From NCBI GenBank assembly GCA_030141605.1, contig JAQGDQ010000492.1:1-64000 (forward strand): a stretch of 64,000 bases of DNA, given 5' to 3'. Every line of letters starts with the position of its first letter. Positions within the stretch are counted from its first letter, which is position 1. The DNA comes from Tubiluchus corallicola. Its lineage: Eukaryota > Animalia > Priapulida. A program made the translations under genes and the position numbers. This document shows, piece after piece, positions 1-12,643 of this stretch. The notes under the pieces are model-generated. The model was given only the letters and a program-made list of their open reading frames with translations. It was not told the DNA's origin and made no database searches.

Positions 1-1521
1 CATGATGATTTTTCATATACTACTCCATTTTCAAGTATGGTAAAAAGTATATATTTTGACATTATTAATACTGAAAAAGTGTTTCTGATATTTAAATAAT
101 AGATTAAAAACTTAATTAACGGTGGGCAAGCCCAACTGTTGATGACATCACAAGCTAACATAAATTTCAAGATCAAAAATATTCCACGAGCGTGTTGCAC
201 GTGTTTGCGAAAGCAAAAATTGAAGTACAGTGCCACTGTAAGATGATATTCAGTTTGTTATACTAAAACTAGGCAAGTTTTAAGATGGAAATTGGAATTT
301 CAAATTTCCTTCGAATTTTGAGCTGTCGAACGTGTGTGTTAGTCACAAACTAACACATCTGGATTGAGAGGTACAGCACCTGTTTTTGTGCAACACGTTT
401 CCGAAATGCAGGCTATAGTGTTTCTAACTAGCGAATGGCGGAATGCATGTAACAGCGAAGAACTAGTGGCGCTAACGTGAAATTGTGTTTGTGTGGTAAT
501 AATTCTTTAATGTTAGTCGTTTTTGAAAAAATAGTATGTTTCCTTTTAATGTTTTAGAGAGTAGATTGTTTTGAATTGCAGTTTAGCATTGATCCGGTTT
601 TGGTTTAAGACAATTGCTTTCCTACGCTCCAAATGTCTGATATTGTAGAAGAGAAACGAATATCACAGCGACAATAACATTGACTCAGATAAACATTTCT
701 TCAAAATTGAAAATAAAAACACACAATCTAAGAAAGCTGGTGGTGTGGCATTATTTATTCGAGCCGATTTGCGTTATGATAATGTAGAAAATGTAACCTG
801 ATTCAGGGATGATATGGAAACGTTGTTCATTGAGATTCACCCTGATCGGAGCAAAAACATCATTGTAGGTGTAACTTATCCACATCCTGGGATCAATCCA
901 ACTAATTTCATCGATACATTTTCTAAATCTTTTGCATATGTATTATAAACGTTTTTACACACGTTTATTGACTGAAGTTTTAGAAACTGATGTTTGTTTT
1001 ATTTCTTATTTTACGAAGTCCTTTAAAATTTGTCTAATTTAGTACTTGTGCCTAATTTTGGTTAGTTTTTTGTTTTTATTAGGATTAATTTTGCAAGGAA
1101 CTTTAACCTGTTTAATTAGTACTTTTATCTAACTTTTGCTTTCAGCCCGTTATTAATTTTACAAAGTATTTTGTGTCTTATCTGTTTTAGTACTTGGTCG
1201 TTTTTTAGTTTTATTTAATTTTAAGGTATTCTGTTCCATTTTAAATGTTAATTAATACTAACATGCCATTGGTTCATTATAGAAACATTGTGTATATAAT
1301 TTGTATGTAAAAATAAATTCTGTTCTATATTCTATTCTATAATCAGTGCCGACATCCTAAACATATTTTTCTTCTTGGTAACTACAATCTCAACTTATTA
1401 AACTTTTCTATCCATAAATGTATGAAACTGTTTCTAAACAGCATACTCGCAAATTTTCTTCTCATTACCCGTTCAAAAAGAATTACTGACCTATCGGCTA
1501 CACTTTTTGACAATATATTTA
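1..1521 (+). repeat. Left arm of a long inverted duplication (partner 4944-6470); probably extends beyond the window start
   Basis: 1-1521 is the reverse complement of 4944-~6470 (e.g. 1511-1521 CAATATATTTA vs 4944-4954 TAAATATATTG). The inner part is near-identical and the outer part is more diverged. Confidence 0.95.
730..1521 (+). mobile_element. Degenerate non-LTR retrotransposon (CR1/L2-like) APE endonuclease fragment, interrupted by an AT-rich insertion
   Basis: Translates as KAGGVALFIR...ETLFIEIHPDRSKNIIVGVTYPHP, and further on RITDLSATLFDNIF; these are typical LINE endonuclease motifs, with stops and frameshifts. Confidence 0.7.
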
Positions 1522-2463
1522 TGTACTGTTAATGAACAAGATATTATCTTTGCTAACTACGTTGTTCCGATTTAGTGTTAAAAATTGTTAAATTTACTGA
1601 AACGGACTTTTCGCCACTAATACAATTTTGTATAATGTAAGACATGTATGTCAAAAATGTGACATACAATTCCAATTAAGAAGAAGACGAAATTCACTTT
1701 TTGTTTTATTTCTCCTCCTGCAACCGGTTAAGACAATTTTTTATTCTGATATAATAAGCATCAATAGCAATTTCATTAACTTGAACGACAGCAAAAAGCT
1801 AAAATTCGTGATGGGGGGGGGGGCGATATAACCAAAATAGTATTTACTGTATCTGTATCTACTGTATCTACACTAAAATTATATAAATATGTTATTTGTT
1901 ATGTGTTTATTTTAGACTTTGGAGCTATAACGTAATCGCTCTGTTTTGTAAATTTGTATATTCTTGTTGCTTCGTTGTATGTTCTGTATGTCAGTGTATC
2001 ATAATGTAAATGCCAATAATAAATTTTTCCATAAAATGCCATACATTTTTTCTAACATCTCATCATCATCGTCGTCGCTGTCGTCGTCGTCATCATCATC
2101 ATCATCATCATCATCATCTCATCATCACCATCTGCACCAATTACGTTTATCGTACACTTTTGGAGACAGAATTTTAAAATAACAGATAACACGTAAACAC
2201 TGGAGTAACCCAGCAAAAAGCTAGACACTGCTACCCTTATCAGTACCAGTTTCTTCCAGTTTTTTGACATTTAGCATATGTCTGATGCCTTTGCTGTTTT
2301 GTTTCCGCTTCGTGGTTTCCAACTTGCTCAATGCAAAACTCGCTTTATCATTGTCCTGTTGTAACTCGAGTTGATTTTACTGTAAAACTAATCAAGGTTC
2401 CATACAAACAATTTTTGAAGTATTTTCAGATCGATATGCCATTTTACTTCAATAAATACACAG

Positions 2464-2517
<54 letters not shown>

Positions 2518-2665
2518 CGCTGTGAAACATATACTACGTTAGTAACAACCCAACAGTTACAAGTTATATTGAATAATTTAAACTAAAGACAAAGCATCAA
2601 ACTTTGATGTATAAACCCAATTGTATAACATAAAAATGTAAACGCAAATTTAAGGTAGTTACATT

Positions 2666-2707
2666 CGCACGCACATCCACGCACACACACACACACGCAC
2701 ACACACA

Positions 2708-2750
<43 letters not shown>

Positions 2751-2855
2751 GCACACGCACACGCACACGCATACACACACACACGCACACACATGCGCAC
2801 GCACGCACGCACACACACGCACACACATGCGCGCGCCCGCACGCACGCACACACA
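2666..2855. repeat. Compound (CA)n/(CGCA)n microsatellite
   Basis: Seen directly; it produces the spurious VC-rich ORFs in the track. Confidence 0.95.
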
Positions 2856-3169
2856 GTTCGTTTTCTAAGTTTATAATAATTACTTGTTGGAACTGAAACA
2901 TAGCTAAAACAAAATTGGAAGCAATTTCAAAATCGTTTGAGCCTAATAACAATTTTAGTTTACATCATAGTAAAGTATAAAGGGTGTTCTTAGCTGTTGA
3001 TATCTATTACAAAGCAAGAGCATGTATGTACAGTTTTATTTAAAGAAAGAAATCCCACAATCCTCTGGACATGTAACAGAATCCATGCCCCCATAATGCA
3101 GTAAAGACTCTGGCAGAAAGTTATATTGGTCGTCGTCTAGGTGCTTCTACGTTCTAAAACATGGTACGT

Positions 3170-3480
3170 CTCACCTGTTGCTGGCACCCATTCTTGTCCA
3201 TCGCCACTGCCCACGATGCGAAATCTTCTTGCAGTATACTTATATACATCAGTGTCTGACCCCTTTTCGGGTTTTTTTTTGTAGTTTCAAGAGTTTTACG
3301 CATTGCCGGAAGAAGAAGAGACTTTTAGGTAGTCTTAGAGCGTGCCCAATCCAATGTAAATTTCTTACTTGTTTACTCCAAGGATTCTTCTTTACCACAT
3401 CACACAGATCATGATTGGATATTCAGTGAGGCCATTTAGTATCTAAAAATTTTCTGTAGAGAAGTATTTGAAAAGCGTCA
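3170..3480 (-). mobile_element. Degenerate RTE-like LINE 3' fragment
   Basis: Minus strand reads PWSKQVRNLHWIGHALRLPKS, resembling the RLxWxGHxxR motif C-terminal to RT in RTE-clade elements; frameshifted. Confidence 0.5.
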
Positions 3481-3751
3481 ATTTCCTTTAGTTGTTTGAC
3501 TTTTATTGTCCATACTTCAGCATTGCTATCTGACGAAACAATAGTTGTTATTGTCAGCTACTTAAGCACCATAGCAACACGTTTATACAAACCTGAAGCT
3601 AAAAGACGAGGGTAGTTGGTGTGAGAAACAAGGCACTGAATTATCGGAATTGAAGTGGCTTTGACGAGAACTACACAAATCATCGTCAAGCGTTTAAAAG
3701 CAAATTAGTGTTTATGGTAAGTTACCATAAGCGTAGTTTTACGCACACACG

Positions 3752-3783
<32 letters not shown>

Positions 3784-4185
3784 CATGCGCACGCACGCAC
3801 GCGAATGTTTTAATACATTATACTATGCATGGCTTCTACCATAAAATATGTTAAAAGCAGTATTTTCTTGAAACCGACGACAATATTTGACTTTGTAATC
3901 TACTTGGATCCGTGGGAAACAGACACTCTTTACCGAAATGTGCAAAAAGTCATTACATTACATTACTATATTGAGCTATATCCAAAAAAGTGAATTAAAA
4001 CGTCATTATAATACTAATACAAACGCTGTAAACGTTGTTTCATTTAACACAGCTACCTAAAACACAATTGAATAACTTAAACCAGGCTTGAGTAAGTCTA
4101 CTGGAAGACTTCACTATATATTTTTGTTTTACCGTTTTTCCTACAATGTGATCATTTTAGTGAAATGATTTTTTATAAAACGTAT

Positions 4186-4843
4186 TGTTGGAACGCGGTG
4201 AGTGTGTGATTTATGATCCATTTATGATTTATAATCCTTCAAACTTTAGTCAGGAGTGGGGGTTCTCATGGAGATATGTGTTTTCTGTCGGTAACTTAAA
4301 GACGCTTTCAGTACCTCGTACGTCATTCTCGCTCACTCGCGCCAAAGATGCGAAACATGGCGATCTTCACGGCAATGCACGCGTTTGAAATTCGGCAGAA
4401 GAATGTAAGCTATTTAATTTATCAGTTACTTTTATCAAAAAGTAATTATAAATTCTTTGTGTAATCATAATAATACGTTGGAAAATCTCAGTGTCTGTTG
4501 GGGTGATTTTGTTGAGATCGCTGGCATCTATTAGAATTAAATAGAACATTGTACAATGTTCTGGAAAGGAACTTCTAGAAGCTTCTCGGGCACGCTATAT
4601 AAGGCGAAGCAGGCCGCTGAGACGGGAGCACACAGGTTCACACAGACGCCACTTACACATTCTCTTGTATACTTGCATTTTCAGATACACTCAAACGTTT
4701 TTCAGATTTCCACGTTTAGTGTAATCATTTCGCGTTCCTTCATACTTTTGTGTTGTAGAATTCTCGCTTAATAAAGTAGTTTAATTTGACGACGTGTTTT
4801 CTGGTTTTCTCTACGAGCCTTCCGAGAGAAACAAAACACAACA
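4186..4843 (+). mobile_element. Solo LTR (658 bp)
   Basis: TGTTG...CAACA inverted termini, TATATAAG at 4596-4603 and AATAAA at 4770-4775 in U3-R-U5 order. The flanks (CGTAT / GTTAT) do not form a perfect TSD. Confidence 0.65.
4543..4603 (+). promoter_or_regulatory. Heat-shock element cluster plus TATA box inside the solo LTR
   Basis: Perfect 3-unit HSE cTTCtaGAAgcTTCt (4572-4586). Upstream nGAAn/nTTCn-phased palindrome AGAACATTGTACAATGTTCT (4543-4562) continues into gGAAa. TATATAAG lies 10 bp downstream of the HSE. Confidence 0.7.
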
Positions 4844-4849
4844 GTTATA

Positions 4850-5735
4850 TAGGCCTTTAAGTCACATATTGTGAAGATGGGAAGGTAGTTGGAAAAACCT
4901 GTTAATATGCACCCTGAAATGAGCCTATGATCGATTATATTGGTAAATATATTGTCAAAAAGTGTAGCCGATAGGTCAGTAATTCTTTTTGAACGGGTAA
5001 TGAGAAGAAAATTTGCGAGTATGCTGTTTAGAAACAGTTTCATACATTTATGGATAGAAAAGTTTAATAAGTTGAGATTGTAGTTACCAAGAAGAAAAAT
5101 ATGTTTAGGATGTCGGCACTGATTATAGAATAAAATATAGAACAGAATTTATTTTTACATACAAATTATATACACAATGTTTCTATAATGAACCAATGGC
5201 ATGTTAGTATTAATTAACATTTAAAATGGAACAGAATACCTTAAAATTAAATAAAACTAAAAAACGACCAAGTACTAAAACAGATAAGACATAAAATACT
5301 TTGTAAAATTAATAACGGGCTGAAAGCAAAAGTTAGATAAGAGTACTAATTAAACAGGTTAAAGTTCCTTGCAAAATTAATCCTAATAAAAACAAAAAAC
5401 TAACCAAAATTAGGCACAAGTACTAAATTAGACAAATTTTAAAGGACTTCGTAAAATAAGAAATAAAACAAACATCAGTTTCTAAAACTTCAGTCAATAA
5501 ACGTGTGTAAAAACGTTTATGATACATATGCAAAAGATTTAGAAAATGTATCGATGAAATTAGTTGGATTGATCCCAGGATGTGGATAAGTTACACCTAC
5601 AATGATGTTTTTGCTCCGATCAGGGTGAATCTCAATGAACAACGTTTCCATATCATCCCTGAATCAGGTTACATTTTCTACATTATCATAACGCAAATCG
5701 GCTCGAATAAATAATGCCACACCACCAGCTTTCTT
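4850..5735 (-). mobile_element. Degenerate LINE APE endonuclease fragment (longer copy of 730-1521)
   Basis: ORF 4768..5043(-) contains RITDLSATLFDNIFTN...SGCILTGFSNYLPIF, matching the PTR..TLIDNIFTN..SDHLPIF motif of CR1/L2-type endonucleases. Confidence 0.7.
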
Positions 5736-6470
5736 AGATTGTGTGTTTTTATTTTCAATTTTTGAAGAAATGTTTATCTGAGTCAATGTTATTGTCGCTG
5801 TGATATTCGTTTCTCTTCTACAATATCAGACATTTGGAACGTAGGAAAGCAATTGTCTTAAACCAAAAACCGGATCCAATGCTAAACTGTAATTCAAAAC
5901 AATCTACTCTCTAAAACATTAAACGGGAACATACTATTTCTTTCAAAAACGACTAACGTTAAAGAATTATTACCGCACAAACATAATTTCGCGTTAGCGC
6001 CACTAGTTCTTCGCTGTTACATGCATTCCGCCCTTTGCTAGTTAGACTGGTACTGGCGCCTGCATTTCGGAAACGTGTTGCACATTAAACAGGTGTTGTA
6101 GTTTTCAATTCAGATGTGTTCGGTTGTGACATAAACATACGTTCGACAGTACATGCGAGAGCACAGCGGGAAATTTGAAATTTCAATTTTCATCTTAAAA
6201 CTTGCTGAATTTTAGTACAACGCGCTGTATCTCTTACAGTAGCACTGTTCTTCAATTTTCTCTTTTGTAAACACAGCTCAAACGGAATGTTTGTGCTGCC
6301 AAAAATTATATTAGTTTGTCATGTCATCACTAGTAGGGCTCGCCCGCCATTAATTTAGTTTTTAATCTATTCTTTAAATAGCAGAAAGGTTTTTTCAGTA
6401 TTGCTAATGTTAAAATACATATGCTTTTTGCCCTATTTGAAAATGGAGTAGTATATGAAAAATTATCCTG
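4944..6470 (-). repeat. Right arm of the long inverted duplication (partner 1-1521)
   Basis: Reverse-complement match to 1-1521. Confidence 0.95.
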
Positions 6471-7354
6471 TTTTCCTTTAAAATTTGGAAAATCGTATAA
6501 GAATCTAAATTCATCTTCGTTAGATAAATTATTCTATGGGAACAGGTCCTGAAAGTTTTTAGTGCAAAAGCAATCAGTGTGGTCGTTAAACAAGTTTTGG
6601 TAATCAGCTAGTGATAAAGAGGTGACAAGAACTAAACGTTTTCAATCGTAAATGCAACCGTTCTTCACTGAGTAACAGCACTTCAATGAGTATTAACCGC
6701 CTAGCGTCATGTTGCAGTCTGTCGTTGTTAGCAACAACTGAACTCTGCTGGAAGAAAAACAATGGAAAGTAACAAGAGTTTAAACTGGGCGTTCTATACC
6801 AATAATTATTACGAAAAAACGAATGCGTGATATAATTTTTTTCCTGTTTGGAACTAAATTCGTATTAGTAATATCAGTAATTACGTTTGTTTTCTTAAGC
6901 ATCGTGAACATTTGCATCCTCAGGTTTTATGTGACAGCAAAAATACTCCTATAAAACTAGTGTTCTTGCGCTATTTTATTGCATTTATTTTAACACTAAA
7001 TCATAACTGAATTCGAGGTTCGTAACAGTGGAAGCAAAACATTGCAAAAAATAAGATACACTGGCATGAAAGATACACAAAGAGGCGTCGTCATTATTTA
7101 CGTGACTATTTGACCCGACGCTTTAGTCTCCACACCAATAATAGGACCGTGCAAGTGTATGAAATTACTGTATTTTATTTAACGTACTTGCACGTTCTTG
7201 TGGTATTGGAATGTTGGTATGGACTCTAAAACACCAGTTCAAGTAATAATATTAATAAGGATGTCTGTTTGCGTGTGGGAGCAAGTGATTAATTTTTTGA
7301 ATTTTGGGTTGTTGGCCATATTCTTCTAATTGTTTATTCCCAATTCCAGCAAAA

Positions 7355-7515
7355 CAGATGAACAGCCTATGAACAGATGAACAGCCTATGAACAGACGAA
7401 CAGCATATGAACAGATGGACAGCGTATGAACGGATGAACAGCATACGAACAGATGAGACAGCATACGAACAGATGAACAGCATACGAACAGCATGTGAAC
7501 AGATGAACAGCATAT
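7355..7515. repeat. Short tandem repeat of GAACAGAT/GAACAGCATAT units immediately upstream of EGF gene A
   Basis: Repeated GAACAG-based units seen directly. Confidence 0.85.
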
Positions 7516-7592
7516 GATACTGTGAGAATACAATGAGTAGCTAAAACAACCAACAAAAGATATAGCGAAACTCCGTTAGAATTCTGGAAGTG

Positions 7593-9548
7593 ATGGCAAG
7601 AGCTTTCATTCTTTCTTTTCAAATTTATCTTACTTACATGTGCTGCTGGCAGACGAATAGTAAAGGGCCAGCATTTAAGAAAACGCAGAAGTTGTACAGC
7701 AATTTCCATGGTTCGGGATTGGTGGAAAGAAAAGACGCAAATTACTCTATTGTGAGTGATCCAGAGAATTATGACAGTAATAAGTGCTGTCAGAGTCCCG
7801 TTTCTATCGTCGTCAAACGCAGATTCTCTGGCGAAACCATCGGTATCGGTGTACGCAACCTCTTCCTGGACTGTCCCAATGACTATATCTTGATTGGGAT
7901 CAATTTCACGAATAAACCGTACTTTGCAGGGGACCGGATTTGTAATTTGACGTCTGATAGAGGGTGGCGTTACTTTGCTCCTGCGTTGGATTATCACAAC
8001 CTACTTATAAGTTTTATTTCAGATGGCTTACAATCCATCCACACTGGTTTTGAGTTAACCGTACAGCTCTTGACAGGTATTCCAATTAATTGTACTGGTT
8101 TGGATTGTGGTCCACACGGTACATGTCAACTGCAAGGACCAGGTAATCTGGCACACTATACTATGTGTGTGTGTGATGAGCTTCATTATGGACGGTACTG
8201 TGAGTATGAGTACGACGACTGTTTCTCTAATCCTTGCCAGAGTTTTCAGGTGTGTAATGATTTTGTTGGTTATTACAATTGCTCTTGCCGATTCGGTTAC
8301 GCCGGCGAGTTCTGTGAGAGAGAAATCAACGAATGTCAAAACAACCCCTGCCGAAATGCAGCTACATGTATCGATAACCTTGGTTACTACGAGTGCTTAT
8401 GTCATCCACAGTACACGGGCCCAACATGCGAACAGCCCATCAATGAGTGTGAAGGTGCCATCTGTCTTTATGGTGCCACATGCAGGGATGGAGTAGGTTC
8501 TTATAGTTGCGAGTGTGTAGACGGTTTTACAGGGACGCACTGTGAAGTAAATATAGACGACTGTTATGACAATCCCTGTCACAAAGATGCTACCTGTGTT
8601 GATCAGGTTAATCGTTACACGTGCATATGCCCTTATCAGCATACAGGTGTACATTGCAATATACTTGAAACGTGCAGGCCCAATCCATGTGACAATGGTG
8701 GTACTTGCCGGCAGCACGGTAATTACTACACTTGTCACTGCCGGCCAGGATACGCGGGTCCACAGTGTAAAGAGGATGTTGATGAGTGTGCGTCCAGTCC
8801 TTGTGAAAACGGTGCAACTTGCAATAACAAACAAAACGAGTACAGTTGCACTTGCGCAGAAGGTTATGGCGGACAGCACTGTGAACAATCCAGGTTGTGT
8901 GACCCTAGTCCATGCGAAAATGGGGCAAATTGTTTTTTAAAGACAACGGGATCTGATAATGATGTTGAAAAAGCGTGTGAGTGCAAGGAAGGCTACACTG
9001 GAGAACGTTGTGAAACAAACCTGAATGAATGCGCATCAAAACCATGTCAGAGAGGTGGCACTTGTGTAGATCAGGTCAATTTTTACGATTGTCACTGTAA
9101 ATCTGGAACTAGCGGTACGAATTGTGAAAAAGGCTCGGTCGAGATTGAGTGCCCTGACAAGGACACATTTGCGGGCGTAGACTGCCCAACCTCTACGTGC
9201 AAAGATGACAGCGAATGCAGCTTTGATTCTGAGTGCTGTCAAATGACCGGATGCGACAATGTCTGTTCGGATGTTGTACAGCAGATTATAGTTCACAAAG
9301 GGGCCAAGATGAGCCCTTTTACCATTGTTCTTCTCATTCTGCTTATCGGTTTCCTAACAGTTATTGCTGTTTTCGGCTGGATCTTGCACAAGAGAAAGAC
9401 GGACGAAGAGTTTTATTATGAAGAAGCAGCGAATGAGAAACCGTCTACAGCTGCTCCTGCTGCAGCTACGACCTCGGTGTCCCAAGTTATGCCGGTGACG
9501 TCTGGAACTAGTCTCGACAAATACACGGATGCTAACCTGATGCTATAG
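7593..9548 (+). CDS. EGF cluster gene A: signal peptide + CUB-like + 9 EGF (mostly Ca-binding) + WAP-like 8-Cys + TM + ~50-aa tail (fibropellin/Notch-like type I membrane protein, 651 aa)
   Basis: Uninterrupted ORF from ATG 7593. CUB-like motifs LDCPNDYI..IC..ISFISDG..HTGF; nine 6-Cys EGF units (e.g. DVDECASSPCENGATC); 8-Cys WAP pattern CPDK..C..C..C..CC..C..C; TM FTIVLLILLIGFLTVIAVFGWIL followed by HKRK. Confidence 0.93.
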   Translation: MARAFILSFQIYLTYMCCWQTNSKGPAFKKTQKLYSNFHGSGLVERKDANYSIVSDPENYDSNKCCQSPVSIVVKRRFSGETIGIGVRNLFLDCPNDYILIGINFTNKPYFAGDRICNLTSDRGWRYFAPALDYHNLLISFISDGLQSIHTGFELTVQLLTGIPINCTGLDCGPHGTCQLQGPGNLAHYTMCVCDELHYGRYCEYEYDDCFSNPCQSFQVCNDFVGYYNCSCRFGYAGEFCEREINECQNNPCRNAATCIDNLGYYECLCHPQYTGPTCEQPINECEGAICLYGATCRDGVGSYSCECVDGFTGTHCEVNIDDCYDNPCHKDATCVDQVNRYTCICPYQHTGVHCNILETCRPNPCDNGGTCRQHGNYYTCHCRPGYAGPQCKEDVDECASSPCENGATCNNKQNEYSCTCAEGYGGQHCEQSRLCDPSPCENGANCFLKTTGSDNDVEKACECKEGYTGERCETNLNECASKPCQRGGTCVDQVNFYDCHCKSGTSGTNCEKGSVEIECPDKDTFAGVDCPTSTCKDDSECSFDSECCQMTGCDNVCSDVVQQIIVHKGAKMSPFTIVLLILLIGFLTVIAVFGWILHKRKTDEEFYYEEAANEKPSTAAPAAATTSVSQVMPVTSGTSLDKYTDANLML

Positions 9549-11229
9549 CTTGTTGATTTTCAAAAATGATCTGCCGTTATTTATAACATCTTTCATTTTC
9601 TTAACAAATAATTTTATTATTTTTTTCATTCAACTGTAATACTCTATGAAAAGGACCCCATCAATGACAGTTACAAACCCAAGTTAAAAGTATTGACATT
9701 TTGCTATGAAATTATACTTACAATCATAGCAGACATGTAAGAAGTATTGTTATTATTATTTTTATTGTTATTTAATGTTATTATTATTATTTATTATTAT
9801 TATTATTATTATTATTTATTCGTGCTTAGGTGTGTTGTGAATTTCGCACATTTGCGCATCTATTCCATTTGCTTTTGGTTTGTTCATGCACTTCTTCCGT
9901 TTCTATTTCTTATTTTATGCCCACTAATCCCGATGTTTACTGAACGATTTCGCAATTTTATCGTTCGGCTTTTTCCGTCGCTGCACGTGTGCGCATACAT
10001 GTTCAAGTTCATAATTTTGATGTAATTTCTGTTTCTTAGCGCTCTAAAACCGCTTATGAGTTTTGTTGATATGGAATGTTCTGCATCACCGTTGAAAATA
10101 ACTTGCCTTGTGTCGTGTTTAACTAGAGCTAGAAATTTCACAAATTCGAAAAATACAAGACTCGTGTTCGTTTCGATGTCAGTTTGCATATGTGGCAAAC
10201 GGGTTATGCACTGTTGCACACTGGAGCAATTAAGAAACAGGTTTTAACCCAACAGCTAAGACCCCTATGAGCCAATCAGATTGCTATGAGTCAATAATTG
10301 GCCTTTATAAATCCATCTTCAATATCTGTTTTTTGCTGGTTCCGTTTGTTTAATCTACAGCGGTATAAAGACTATCATTGTTTTTGAAACTACTTAATGT
10401 TAATTGTAAATTAAAGGTATCGTTTTTCTTACACATCATTCTATCGTTCCGTAGATCGGTTGGCCGTGTGTATCTGCAGGCACCAAACCATCCTGAGTAG
10501 TTAGCCCTTGTCGGTTTTAACATAGTGCAAAGTTGCATGCTTTTGATGCAAATGAATATTTCTGTCATTTTGTACAACATTTGTAGCCATTTTGAAATTT
10601 AAGCATCAGACATGGATTCTCCGACCTTAAAAACGTATATACCTATATCATTATACCATTCTGTCTGCTCTGATAACTAAGATGAAACTGTTATAAGCTA
10701 GTGGTCGGCCATCTTGAAAATTTCAGCCATATTGGACGCATTTCTATTCACTCTATAACCAAAATTAAACTTTTTTTGGTCAAATGGCGGCCACGTCTTT
10801 AAGGCACTTTCCGGTCTGAAATTTCAATCTATTTTGGATATATTGAAATATTCATATTTGGCAAGTAGATATAATTACACCAATATCAGATTACATCTAT
10901 TTTGGATGTTATTTTCTGGACCAAATGCAACAAGAAAACACCAAAAAGCGATTTCTTGCAATTTTTAGCGGTAGTAATATTTATTCCATTATCCTGACCC
11001 GTTTTAATGCAAAAGTAATAGACACTTTAAAGCTGCCTTTTCTTCCCGTTTAAAAAAGCTAAAACGTCATTAATGCAATTTTGAATTATATAGTTTCATG
11101 TTGTTGTGTTACGATCGCAAAAATGGCTCTTCTAACATTTCTCTCTTGTTTTCCAAATAATTTCCAACTTTAAATTTGCTGAAATTTAGTGTGTTTGAAT
11201 TGCTATTAGCAAGTCTGGAAATCATTGCA

Positions 11230-11915
11230 GTAGATAGATAGATAGATAGATATTTTATTTCTGAAAATCACATTTCCAACACAAAAATTACAAATTACAC
11301 CCGATGGTTTTATCAGCGGGCAGAGCTCAGGTAATGATTTCCAGATCGTACTAACAATTTGACTCAACATAGCTGCACAGGTATACATACAGATATACAA
11401 ATTTAGTTGTAAGCTCCATAAAGCGAAAAATAAAACTATTTACTAAGCATTTGTACACATGTATTAAACAAATATTTTACCTATATGATGATCTCCGTGA
11501 TGCGGTTATATATCCGCTAACAAAGCTATACTATTTAATTCACAAATCTTGCATACAGTCGTAAATGAAACTACCTATTGACGTTAATTCTCCATCAAAT
11601 AAATTTGCAATATTACTATAATTTAATGCGTACAGTGATCTATAAAGTGCATTTTCATGGCACTCGCACAAAAAATGCTCTTCTGTCTGAATTTCTCCAC
11701 AAAGACACAGCCTGCGCTCACGAGGTACATTTGCCCAACGACCTGTTTCTATAGCTAGATTGTGTGATGAGACCCTTATTCTTGTGATGAGTATACGTTT
11801 GTGCTCAGGTAACTCTGTCTTCCCATACATTGGATACACGGTCAAATTGGGATTTATTTCCAAATAAGTCTTGCATTTTGTACGATTAGAAACGTACATT
11901 TTAGGACCCACACAA
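11230..11915 (-). mobile_element. 5'-truncated CR1/L2-like LINE 3' end
   Basis: ORF 11540..11911(-) has ITRIRVSSHNLAIETGRW..PRERRLCLCGEIQTEEHFLCEC, the Zn-binding tail after RT. It ends in AATAAA plus a (TATC)n tail at ~11230-11260 on the minus strand. Confidence 0.8.
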
Positions 11916-12409
11916 AAGCGGGTTCCTTAAAACTTGATAGTGCTGTTCTCACGTTTATCTTTACAATTTGTCACAGTTTTTATTGTAAAGAGTTTGAAAT
12001 TTCGCGTGAAGATACTTGGACGATAGCGCAGACCGTTGTGGAGCCTGATTTTCCTACTACTCAACACGGCCCTTAAATATGCTCGCTGAGTGGATCAGCC
12101 CTCAACGTCCTTACATTGTTGGAGTTAATTTTATTCCAGAAACCATAAACGCTTTTTATGATTTTTTTATAGAAACCATTAATTTTGCAAGAAATGAACA
12201 AAGAGGGCGTGTTGGATCCAAGCACATTAGCGCCTCCATTATAGTTGAATGCGTTTTGAAGTTTCGTTGGCTGTTATACCCGGTGGTTAACATTTTTGCG
12301 TCACCCTGTAGGTCCTCGTCGTTAAGTATTCATTAATTGCGCTGCGTGATGAAGCAATGAGCAAAGAGCATGTCACGGTTTACTGTTTCATTTCCTGCTA
12401 GCTACGCGC

Positions 12410-12643
12410 TGATTGGTCAGCTGACGCAAAGCCGGCTGCTTATTGGCTAGCGGCACTGTTAGCATGACCGCAAGCAGGTGGTTTTGCGAATTGTATTAAA
12501 TTACCTGCTTGATGAAGGAAAGTTATGGAAAATTGGGAAAACGAAGGAATGAATCACAGCAGCAATCAGGTAGTGATTGCAAAGGTAACACAGGTGAGGC
12601 GTGTATTTGTAATTTGCAGAAATACGGGTAATTAAAGGTAAGA
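12410..12643 (+). promoter_or_regulatory. Candidate promoter and 5' non-coding exon, possibly of Poxn
   Basis: Two reverse CCAAT boxes (ATTGG at 12412 and 12442, 30 bp apart), E-boxes CAGCTG (12418) and GCAGGTG (12474), and a strong donor AAG|GTAAGA at 12637/12638. Linking it to Poxn is inference. Confidence 0.35.

Noticed and set aside
2583-2952. Low-complexity ORFs (VC, HT, poly-L/I, ER, poly-V/G) here and near 13.3, 14.0, 18.1, 21.7, 22.6, 38.2, 41.0, 42.7 and 63.0 kb
   Set aside because: They are translations of microsatellites.
7386-9421. Antisense and alternative-frame ORFs overlapping the EGF genes (also 35692-36303 and 45653-46718)
   Set aside because: Shadow ORFs of Cys-rich coding sequence with no independent motifs.
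7593-9548. Calling the EGF genes Notch, Delta/Serrate, Crumbs or fibropellin
   Set aside because: No LNR/ankyrin, DSL, laminin-G or avidin domains; the similarity is limited to generic cbEGF repeats.
12471-12512. Hairpin CAAGCAGGT...ACCTGCTTG as a pre-miRNA
   Set aside because: About 41 nt, too short for a pre-miRNA, and no recognisable mature sequence.
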